Positions 1 through 11,800 of a stretch of DNA of 64,000 nt are shown piece after piece. Location of the stretch: assembly GCF_009914755.1 (NCBI RefSeq), contig NC_060948.1, one strand, 5' to 3'. Below the pieces are notes generated by a model. The model was not told where the DNA came from. It did no database searches and worked only from the letters and a program-made list of their open reading frames with translations. Every line of letters starts with the position of its first letter. Position 1 is the stretch's first letter. The stretch is from the human T2T-CHM13v2.0 reference genome, Homo sapiens. The translations under genes were made by a program, and so were the position numbers.

Positions 1-1277
1 TGGAAAGGAATTGAATGGAGTAGATTGGATTGGATGGGATTGGAATGAAATGTACTGGAAAGGACTCGAATTTCATGAAACGGAATGGAATGAATTGGAA
101 CGGAATGGACTCGAATGGAATGGAATGTCATGGAATGGCATCAAATGGAATGGCATCAAATGGAATGGAATCGAATGCAATGGAATGTTATGGAATGGAA
201 TGGAATGCATTGGAATGGAATGTCCTCTAATGGAATGGATTCGAGTGGAATGGAATCGAATATAATGGAGTCGAATGAAATGGAATTGAAAGGAATGGGA
301 TCGAATAGAATGGAATATACTGGAATGTAATGTAATGAACTCGAATGTAATTGACTGGAATGGAATGTACATGAATGGAAGGTAATCGAATGGAAAGTAA
401 TCCAATGGAATAGAATCTAATGCAATAAAACCGACTCAGATAGAGTAGAATGTAATGGAATGGAGTGCAGTGCAATGGAATGGAATGGAATTGAATGCAA
501 TGGAATGGAATGGAATGGAATGGAATGGAATGGAATGGGATGGAATGGTATGGAATGGATAGTAATGGACTGGAGTGAAATGGACTGGAAAGGAATGGAC
601 TCAAATTGAAAGGGCTCGAAAGGAATGGAGTCAAATGGAATGGTCTGGAATGGAATGAACACGAATGTAATGCAATCCAATAGAATGGAATCGAATGGCA
701 TGGAATATAAAGAAATGGATTCGAAGAGAATGGAAACAAATGGAATGGAATTGAATGGAATGGAATTGAATGGAATGGGAACGAATGGAGTGAAATTGTA
801 TGCAGTAGAAGGGAATAGAATGGAATGCAAGCGAAAGGAAAGGAATGGATTGGAATGGAATGGAATTCATTGGAATGGAAGGGAATGTAGTGTAATGGAC
901 AGGCCTGGAATAAAGTGGAATGCTACAGTCTCGAATGGAATAAAAATGTATGGAATGGAATGCAATGAAACGGAATCGAATGTCATAGAATGTAATGGAA
1001 TGCAACAAAATGGAATCCAAAATCATTGACTGGAAAGGCTGGGTGTCGAAAGGAATTGACTCCAATGGAATGGAATCGAATGGAATGGAAGTGAATAGAA
1101 TCGAACTAAATCGAATGGAATGGAATTGATAGGAACGGAATGGAAAGGAATGCAATGATTTGGCATGGAATGGAATCGAATGGCATCGAATGGAATGGAA
1201 TGGAATGCAATGGAATGGAATGTATTAGAATGTAATGAACTTTAATGGAATGTACTCGAATGGATTCGACTGGAATG

Positions 1278-1290
1278 GAATGTTCTGGAA
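1278..1290. promoter_or_regulatory. Perfect three-unit heat-shock element motif (HSE-A, GAAtgTTCtgGAA); representative copy, one per DYZ1 unit
   Basis: Exact match to nGAAnnTTCnnGAAn; intact in all 14 copies (1278, 3003, 6572, 10126, 13690, 17263, 20817, 24356, 27925, 31464, 35018, 38567, 42115, 45688). The motif is seen; binding is inferred. Confidence 0.6.
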
Positions 1291-1557
1291 GTGAATGGAC
1301 TCCAACGGAATGGATTCCAAAGGAATGGAATCGTACGGAATGGAATCTAATGGAATGGAATTAAATGGAAATGAATCAAATTGAATAGCACGGAATTGAA
1401 TTGAATGGAATGGAATGCAATGGAATCTAATGAAACGGAAAGGAAAGGAATGGAATGGAATGGAATGGGCTGGAATGGAAAGGAATCGAAACGAATGGAA
1501 TGGAATCGAACTGAAGAGACTGGAATGGAATGCACTGGAATGGAAGGGAGTGTAATG

Positions 1558-1570
1558 GAAGGTTCTCGAA
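1558..1570. promoter_or_regulatory. Perfect three-unit heat-shock element motif (HSE-B, GAAggTTCtcGAA); representative copy
   Basis: Exact match to nGAAnnTTCnnGAAn; intact in 11 of 14 copies, TTC>TTG at ~10411, ~13976, ~21102. Confidence 0.55.
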
Positions 1571-4303
1571 AAAAATGGAATCGAATGGAATGGAATTGAA
1601 TGGAACGGAATAGAGTCGAATGGAATTGAATGGAATGGAATGGACTAGAGTGAAATGGAATCGAACCACAAGGAATGGACAGGAATAGAATGGTCTCGAA
1701 TTGAATGGAATCGTATGGAATGGCATCAAACGGAATGGAATGGACAGCCACGGAATGGAATGCACTCGAATGCAATGGAGTCGAAACTAATGGACTGGAA
1801 TAGAATGGACTCGACTGGTACGGACTCCAATGGAATGGAATCGAATGGAAGGGAATCGAACGGAATGGACTCGAAGGGAAAAGACTGCAATGGAAAGGTC
1901 TCGAATGGAATGGAAATTAATGGAATGGAATGGAATCGAATGAAATGGAGTCAAAAGGAATGGAATCGAATGGCAAGAAATCGAATGTAATGGAATCGCA
2001 AGGAATTGATGTGAACGGAACGGAATGGAATGGAATCCAAAGGAATGGAATAGAATGGAATGGAATCGAATGGAAAGGACTCGAATGGAAATCACTCGAA
2101 TAGAATGCAATTTAATAAAATAGGATCAAATGTAATGGAATGGAATGGAAAGGAATCGAAACGAAAGGAATGGAGACAGATGGAATGGAATGGAAAAGAG
2201 AGCAATGGTATAGAATGGAATGGAATCATCTGGAATGGAATTGAATGGAATGGAATAATATGAAATGGAATGGAATGGAATGGAATGGAATGCCCTTGAA
2301 TTAAATGGACTGGAAAGGAATGGACTCAAATTGAAAGGGCTCGAAAGGAATGGAGACAAATGGAATGGTCTGGAATGGAATGAACACGAATGTAATGCAA
2401 TCCAATAGAATGGAGTCGAATGGCATGGAATATAAAGAAATGGAATCGAAGAGAATGGAAACAAATGGAATGGAATTGAATGGAATGGAATTGAATGGAA
2501 TGGGAACGAATGGAGTGAAATTGTATGCAGTAGAAGAGAATAGAATGGAATGCAAGCGAAAGGAAAGGAATGGATTGGAATGGAATGGAATTCATTGGAA
2601 TGGAAGGGAATGTAGTGTAATGGACAGGCCTGGAATAAAGTGGAATGCTACGGTCTCGAATGGAATAAAAATGTATGGAATGGAATGCAATGAAACGGAA
2701 TCGAATGTCATAGAATGTAATGGAATGCAAAAAAATGGAATCCAAAATCATTGACTGGAAAGGCTGGGTGTCGAAAGGAATTGACTCCAATGGAATGGAA
2801 TCGAATGGAATGGAAGTGAATAGAATCGAACTAAATCGAATGGAATGGAATTGATAGGAACGGAATGGAAAGGAATGCAATGATTTGGCACGGAATGGAA
2901 TCGAATGGCATCGAATGGAATGGAATGGAATGCAATGGAATGGAACGTATTAGAATGTAATGAACTTTAATGGAATGTACTCGAATGGATTCGACTGGAA
3001 TGGAATGTTCTGGAAGTGAATGGACTCCAATGGAATGGATTCAAAAGGAATGGAATCGTACGGAATGGAATCTAATGGAATGGAATTAAATGGAAATGAA
3101 TCAAATTGAATAGCATGGAATTGAATTGAATGGAATGGAATGCAATGGAATCTAATGAAACGGAAAGGAAAGGAATGGAATGGAATGGGCTGGAATGGAA
3201 AGGAATCGAAACGAATGGAATGGAATCGAACTGAAGAGACTGGAATGGAATGCACTGGAATGGAAGGGAGTGTAATGGAAGGTTCTCGAAAAAAATGGAA
3301 TCGAATGGAATGGAATTGAATGGAACGGAATAGAGTCGAATGGAATTGAATGGAATGGAATGGACTAGAGTGAAATGGAATCGAACCACAAGGAATGGAC
3401 AGGAATAGAATGGTCTCGAATTGAATGGAATCGTATGGAATGGCATCAAACGGAATGGAATGGACAGCCACGGAATGGAATGCACTCGAATGCAATGGAG
3501 TCGAAACTAATGGACTGGAATAGAATGGACTCGACTGGTACGGACTCCAATGGAATGGAATCGAATGGAAGGGAATCGAACGGAATGGACTCGAAGGGAA
3601 AAGACTGCAATGGAAAGGTCTCGAATGGAATGGAAATTAATGGAATGGAATGGAATCGAATGAAATGGAGTCAAAAGGAATGGAATCGAATGGCAAGAAA
3701 TCGAATGTAATGGAATCGCAAGGAATTGATGTGAACGGAACGGAATGGAATGGAATCCAAAGGAATGGAATAGAATGGAATGGAATCGAATGGAAAGGAC
3801 TCGAATGGAAATCACTCGAATAGAATGCAATTTAATAAAATAGGACCAAATGTAATGGAATGGAATGGAAAGGAATCGAAACGAAAGGAATGGAGACAGA
3901 TGGAATGGAATGGAACAGAGAGCAATGGTATAGAATGGAATGGAATCATCTGGAATGGAATTGAATGGAATGGAATAATATGAAATGGAATGGAATGGAA
4001 TGGAATGGAATGCCCTTGAATTAAATGGACTGGAATGGAATGGACTCGAACAGAGTGGAATGGAAAGTGTTGAGATAGAATGGAATGGACTCGTTTGGAA
4101 TGGTCTAGTAGGCAATGCAATCGACTGGCAGGGAATCAAAAGGAATGTAATCGAATGGATTGGACTGGAATGCAATGGACTCGAATAGATTGCAAACGGA
4201 ATGCAAAGGAATGGAATGGAATAGTATGGAATGGAATGGAAAGGAATGGAGTGGAATAGACTAGAGTGGAATGGAATGGACTGGAAAGAAATGGACTGGA
4301 ATG

Positions 4304-4316
4304 GAACTTTCTTGAA
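4304..4316. promoter_or_regulatory. Perfect three-unit heat-shock element motif (HSE-C, GAActTTCttGAA); representative copy
   Basis: Exact match to nGAAnnTTCnnGAAn; intact in 10 of 13 copies, broken at ~11432 and ~18569 (GAA>GAT) and ~36319 (TTC>TTA). Confidence 0.55.
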
Positions 4317-5780
4317 TGGACAGGAATCAAACGGAATGGAATGCAATGCAATCAAATGGCATGGAATAAAATAGAATGAAAGAGAATCAAATGGAATTGA
4401 ATCGAATGGAATCGAATGGATTGGAAAGGAATAGAATGGAATGGAATGGAATTGACTCAAATGGAATGGACTAGAATGGAATGGATTCGAATGGAAGGCA
4501 AAGTAATGGAATCTATTGGAATGGACTGTAATGGAATGGAATGGAAGGGATTGGAATGGACTCGAATGGAATGGACTGCAATAGAAAGGATTCGAATGGA
4601 ATGAAAAAGAATTGAATGGAATAGAACAGAATGGAATCAAATCGAATGAAATGGAATGGAATAGAAAGGAATGGAATGAAATGGAATGGAAAGGATTCGA
4701 ATGGAATGCAATCGAATGGAATGGAATCGAACGGAATGGAATAAAATGGAAGAAAACTGGCAAGAAATGGAATCGAAATGAATGGAGTGTTATGGAACGG
4801 ACTCAAAAGGAATTGAATGTAATATAATGGAGTGGAGTGGACTCGAATATAATGGACTGGAATGGAATGAAATCACATGGAATGGGAACGAATGGAATGG
4901 AATGGAAAGGAATGGAATCGAATGGAAAGGAATCGAATGGAAGGGAATGAAATTGAATCAACAGGAATGGAAGGGAATAGAATAGACGGTAATGGAATGG
5001 ACTCGAATAGAATGGACACGAATGCTCAAATTGAATGGACTCGAATGGAATGGAAACGAAAGGAATGTCATCGAATGGAATTGAATCGATTGGAATGAAA
5101 TCGCACAGAATGGAGTGGAATCAAATGGAATTGAATCGAAAGGAAAGGAAGCAAATGGACTGAAATGAAATGGAATGGAATTGAATGGAAAGTTATGTAA
5201 TGGAATACAATGGAACGAAATTTCACGGAATGGAATCAAACTGAATGGAATCAAATCAATGGAATCAAATCAAATGGAATGGAAAGGAATTGAATGGAGT
5301 AGATTGGATGGGATGGGATTGGAATGAAATGTACTGGAAAGGACTCGAATTTCATGAAACGGAATGGAATGAATTGGAACGGAATGGACTCGAATGGAAT
5401 GGAATGTCAGGGAATGGCATCAAATGGAATGGCATCAAATGGAATGGAATCGAATGCAATGGAATGCTATGGAATGGAATGGAATGCATTGGAATGGAAT
5501 GTCCTCTAATGGAATGGATTCGAGTGGAATGGAATCGAATATAATGGAGTCGAATGAAATGGAATTGAAAGGAATAGGATCGAATACAATGGAATATACT
5601 GGAATGTAATTTAATGAACTCGAATGTAATTGACTGGAATGGAATGTACATGAATGGAATGTAATCGAATGGAAAGTAATCCAATGGAATAGATTCTAAT
5701 GCAATAAAATCGACTCAGATAGAGTAGAATGTAATGGAATGGAGTGCAGTGCAATGGAATGGAATGGAATGGAATGCAAT

Positions 5781-5840
5781 GGAATGGAATGGAATGGAAT
5801 GGAATGGAATGGAATGGAATGGAATGGAATGGAATGGAAT
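5781..5840 (+). repeat. Pure (GGAAT)12 tract; length-variable microsatellite-like site within the DYZ1 unit
   Basis: 12 perfect pentamers here; the homologous interval between GCAAT and GGT(A/G)T has 9 pentamers at 502, 12 at 16472, 7 at 23590 and 7 at 41349. Confidence 0.85.
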
Positions 5841-8800
5841 GGTGTGGAATGGATAGTAATGGACTGGAGTGAAATGGACTGGAAAGGAATGGACTCAAAT
5901 TGAAAGGGCTCGAAAGGAATGGAATCAAATGGAATGGTCTGGAATGGAATGAACACGAATGTAATGCAATCCAATAGAATGGAATCGAATGGCATGGAAT
6001 ATAAAGAAATGGAATCGAAGAGAATGGAAACAAATGGAATGGAATTGAGTGGAATGGAATTGAATGGAATGGGAACGAATGGAGTGAAATTGTATGCAGT
6101 AGAAGAGAATAGAATGGAATGCAAGCGAAAGGAAAGGAATGGATTGGAATGGAATGGAATTCATTGGAATGGAAGGGAATGTAGTGTAATGGACAGGCCT
6201 GGAATAAAGTGGAATGCTACGGTCTCGAATGGAATAAAAATGTATGGAATGGAATGCAATGAAACGGAATCGAATGTCATAGAATGTAATGGAATGCAAA
6301 AAAATGGAATCCAAAATCATTGACTGGAAAGGCTGGGTGTCGAAAGGAATTGACTCCAATGGAATGGAATCGAATGGAATGGAAGTGAATAGAATCGAAC
6401 TAAATCGAATGGAATGGAATTGATAGGAACGGAATGGAAAGGAATGCAATGATTTGGCACGGAATGGAATCGAATGGCATCGAATGGAATGGAATGGAAT
6501 GCAATGGAATGGAACGTATTAGAATGTAATGAACTTTAATGGAATGTACTCGAATGGATTCGACTGGAATGGAATGTTCTGGAAGTGAATGGACTCCAAT
6601 GGAATGGATTCAAAAGGAATGGAATCGTACGGAATGGAATCTAATGGAATGGAATTAAATGGAAATGAATCAAATTGAATAGCATGGAATTGAATTGAAT
6701 GGAATGGAATGCAATGGAATCTAATGAAACGGAAAGGAAAGGAATGGAATGGAATGGGCTGGAATGGAAAGGAATCGAAACGAATGGAATGGAATCGAAC
6801 TGAAGAGACTGGAATGGAATGCACTGGAATGGAAGGGAGTGTAATGGAAGGTTCTCGAAAAAAATGGAATCGAATGGAATGGAATTGAATGGAACGGAAT
6901 AGAGTCGAATGGAATTGAATGGAATGGAATGGACTAGAGTGAAATGGAATCGAACCACAAGGAATGGACAGGAATAGAATGGTCTCGAATTGAATGGAAT
7001 CGTATGGAATGGCATCAAACGGAATGGAATGGACAGCCACGGAATGGAATGCACTCGAATGCAATGGAGTCGAAACTAATGGACTGGAATAGAATGGACT
7101 CGACTGGTACGGACTCCAATGGAATGGAATCGAATGGAAGGGAATCGAACGGAATGGACTCGAAGGGAAAAGACTGCAATGGAAAGGTCTCGAATGGAAT
7201 GGAAATTAATGGAATGGAATGGAATCGAATGAAATGGAGTCAAAAGGAATGGAATCGAATGGCAAGAAATCGAATGTAATGGAATCGCAAGGAATTGATG
7301 TGAACGGAACGGAATGGAATGGAATCCAAAGGAATGGAATAGAATGGAATGGAATCGAATGGAAAGGACTCGAATGGAAATCACTCGAATAGAATGCAAT
7401 TTAATAAAATAGGACCAAATGTAATGGAATGGAATGGAAAGGAATCGAAACGAAAGGAATGGAGACAGATGGAATGGAATGGAACAGAGAGCAATGGTAT
7501 AGAATGGAATGGAATCATCTGGAATGGAATTGAATGGAATGGAATAATATGAAATGGAATGGAATGGAATGGAATGGAATGCCCTTGAATTAAATGGACT
7601 GGAATGGAATGGACTCGAACAGAGTGGAATGGAAAGTGTTGAGATAGAATGGAATGGACTCGTTTGGAATGGTCTAGTAGGCAATGCAATCGACTGGCAG
7701 GGAATCAAAAGGAATGTAATCGAATGGATTGGACTGGAATGCAATGGACTCGAATAGATTGCAAACGGAATGCAAAGGAATGGAATGGAATAGTATGGAA
7801 TGGAATGGAAAGGAATGGAGTGGACTAGACTAGAGTGGAATGGAATGGACTGGAAAGAAATGGACTGGAATGGAACTTTCTTGAATGGACAGGAATCAAA
7901 CGGAATGGAATGCAATGCAATCAAATGGCATGGAATAAAATAGAATGAAAGAGAATCAAATGGAATTGAATCGAATGGAATCGAATGGATTGGAAAGGAA
8001 TAGAATGGAATGGAATGGAATTGACTCAAATGGAATGGACTAGAATGGAATGGATTCGAATGGAAGGCAAAGGAATGGAATCTATTGGAATGGACTGTAA
8101 TGGAATGGAATGGAAGGGATTGGAATGGACTCGAATGGAATGGACTGCAATAGAAAGGATTCGAATGGAATGAAAAAGAATTGAATGGAATAGAACAGAA
8201 TGGAATCAAATCGAATGAAATGGAATGGAATAGAAAGGAATGGAATGAAATGGAATGGAAAGGATTCGAATGGAATGCAATCGAATGGAATGGAATCGAA
8301 CGGAATGGAATAAAATGGAAGAAAACTGGCAAGAAATGGAATCGAAATGAATGGAGTGTTATGGAACGGACTCAAAAGGAATTGAATGTAATAGAATGGA
8401 GTGGAGTGGACTCGAATATAATGGACTGGAATGGAATGAAATCACATGGAATGGGAACGAATGGAATGGAATGGAAAGGAATGGAATCGAATGGAAAGGA
8501 ATCGAATGGAAGGGAATGTAATTGAATCAACAGGAATGGAAGGGAATAGAATAGACGGTAATGGAATGGACTCGAATTGAATGGACACGAATGCTCAAAT
8601 TGAATGGACTCGAATGGAATGGAAACGAAAGGAATGTCATCGAATGGAATTGAATCGATTGGAATGAAATCGCATAGAATGGAGTGGAATCAAATGGAAT
8701 TGAATCGAAAGGAAAGGAAGCGAATGGACTGAAATGAAATGGAATGGAATTGAATGGAAAGTAATGCAATGGAATAGAATGGAACGAAATTTCACGGAAT

Positions 8801-11800
8801 GGAATCAAACTGAATGGAATCAAATCAATGGAATCTAATCAAATGGAATGGAAAGGAATTGAATGGAGTAGATTGGATTGGATGGGATTGGAATGAAATG
8901 TACTGGAAAGGACTCGAATTTCATGAAACGGAATGGAATGAATTGGAACGGAATGGACTCGAATGGAATGGAATGTCATGGAATGGCATCAAATGGAATG
9001 GCATCAAATGGAATGGAATCGAATGCAATGGAATGCTATGGAATGGAATGGAATGCATTGGAATGGAATGTCCTCTAATGGAATGGATTCGAGTGGAATG
9101 GCATCGAATATAATGGAGTCGAATGAAATGGAATTGAAAAGAATGGGATCGAATACAATGGAATATACTGGAATGTAATGTAATGAACTCGAATGTAATT
9201 GACTGGAATGGAATGTACATGAATGGAATGTAATCGAATGGAAAGTAATCCAATGGAATAGAATCTAATGCAATAAAATCGACTCAAATAGAGTAGAATG
9301 TAATGGAATGGAGTGCAGTGCAATGGAATGGAATGGAATGGAATGCAATGGAATGGAATGGAATGGAATGGAATTTAATGGAATGGGATGGAATGGTATG
9401 GAATGGATAGTAATGGACTGGAGTGAAATGGACTGGAAAGGAATGGACTCAAATTGAAAGGGCTCGAAAGGAATGGAGTCAAATGGAATGGTCTGGAATG
9501 GAATGAACACGAATGTAATGCAATCCAATAGAATGGAATCGAATGGCATGGAATATAAAGAAATGGAATCGAAGAGAATGGAAACAAATGGAATGGAATT
9601 GAATGGAATGGAATTGAATGGAATGGGAACGAATGGAGTGAAATTGTATGCAGTAGAAGGGAATAGAATGGAATGCAAGCGAAAGGAAAGGAATGGATTG
9701 GAATGGAATGGAATTCATTGGAATGGAAGGGAATGTAGTGTAATGGACAGGTCTGGAATAAAGTGGAATGCTACGGTCTCGAATGGAATAAAAATGTATG
9801 GAATGGAATGCAATGAAACGGAATCGAATGTCATAGAATGTAATGGAATGCAAAAAAATGGAATCCAAAATCATTGACTGGAAAGGCTGGGTGTCGAAAG
9901 GAATTGACTCCAATGGAATGGAATCGAATGGAATGGAAGTGAATAGAATCGAACTAAATCGAATGGAATGGAATTGATAGGAACGGAATGGAAAGGAATG
10001 CAATGATTTGGCATGGAATGGAATCGAATGGCATCGAATGGAATGGAATGGAATGCAATGGAATGGAATGTATTAGAATGTAATGAACTTTAATGGAATG
10101 TACTCGAATGGATTCGACTGGAATGGAATGTTCTGGAAGTGAATGGACTCCAACGGAATGGATTCCAAAGGAATGGAATCGTACGGAATGGAATCTAATG
10201 GAATGGAATTAAATGGAAATGAATCAAATTGAATAGCACGGAATTGAATTGAATGGAATGGAATGCAATGGAATCTAATGAAACGGAAAGGAAAGGAATG
10301 GAATGGAATGGAATGGGCTGGAATGGAAAGGAATCGAAACGAATGGAATGGAATCGAACTGAAGAGACTGGAATGGAATGCACTGGAATGGAAGGGAGTG
10401 TAATGGAAGGTTGTCGAAAAAAATGGAATAGAATGGAATGGAATTGAATGGAACGGAATAGAGTCGAATGGAATTGAATGGAATGGAATGGACTAGAGTG
10501 AAATGGAATCGAACCACAAGGGATGGACAGGAATAGAATGGTCTCGAATTGAATGGAATCGTATGGAATGGCATCAAACGGAATGGAATGGACAGCCACG
10601 GAATGGAATGCACTCGAATGCAATGGAGTCGAAACTAATGGACTGGAATAGAATGGACTCGACTGGTACGGACTCCAATGGAATGGAATCGAATGGAAGG
10701 GAATCGAACGGAATGGACTCGAAGGGAAAAGACTGCAATGGAAAGGTCTCGAATGGAATGGAAATTAATGGAATGGAATGGAATCGAATGAAATGGAGTC
10801 AAAAGGAATGGAATCGAATGGCAAGAAATCGAATGTAATGGAATCGCAAGGAATTGATGTGAACGGAACGGAATGGAATGGAATCCAAAGGAATGGAATA
10901 GAATGGAATGGAATCGAATGGAAAGGACTCGAATGGAAATCACTCGAATAGAATGCAATTTAATAAAATAGGACCAAATGTAATGGAATGGAATGGAAAG
11001 GAATCGAAACGAAAGGAATGGAGACAGATGGAATGGAATGGAACAGAGAGCAATGGTATAGAATGGAATGGAATCATCTGGAATGGAATTGAATGGAATG
11101 GAATAATATGAAATGGAATGGAATGGAATGGAATGGAATGCCCTTGAATTAAATGGACTGGAATGGAATGGACTCGAACAGAGTGGAATGGAAAGTGTTG
11201 AGATAGAATGGAATGGACTCGTTTGGAATGGTCTAGTAGGCAATGCAATCGACTGGCAGGGAATCAAAAGGAATGTAATCGAATGGATTGGACTGGAATG
11301 CAATGGACTCGAATAGATTGCAAACGGAATGCAAAGGAATGGAATGGAATAGTATGGAATGGAATGGAAAGGAATGGAGTGGAATAGACTAGAGTGGAAT
11401 GGAATGGACTGGAAAGAAATGGACTGGAATGGATCTTTCTTGAATGGACAGGAATCAAACGGAATGGAATGCAATGCAATCAAATGGCATGGAATAAAAT
11501 AGAATGAAAGAGAATCAAATGGAATTGAATCGAATGGAATCGAATGGATTGGAAAGGAATAGAATGGAATGGAATGGAATTGACTCAAATGGAATGGACT
11601 AGAATGGAATGGATTCGAATGGAAGGCAAAGGAATGGAATCTATTGGAATGGACTGTAATGGAATGGAATGGAAGGGATTGGAATGGACTCGAATGGAAT
11701 GGACTGCAATAGAAAGGATTCGAATGGAATGAAAAAGAATTGAATGGAATAGAACAGAATGGAATCAAATCGAATGAAATGGAATGGAATAGAAAGGAAT

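Larger units (their letters stand above)
578..2302. repeat. Aberrant 1725-bp partial DYZ1 unit (sequence re-enters the unit ~1.7 kb upstream)
   Basis: After TGCCCTTGAATT (2291-2302) the sequence continues with AAATGGACTGGAAAGGAATGGACTCAAATTGAAAGGGC as at 578, instead of ...TGGAATGGACTCGAACAGAG as at 4021ff. EcoRI landmarks 863 and 2588 and ORFs 625/2350 are 1725 bp apart. Confidence 0.93.

Noticed and set aside
8831-8841. DUX4-like motif GAATCTAATCA in some units
   Set aside because: Mismatch at the first position of TAAYYYAATCA and present only in a subset of units; insufficient support.
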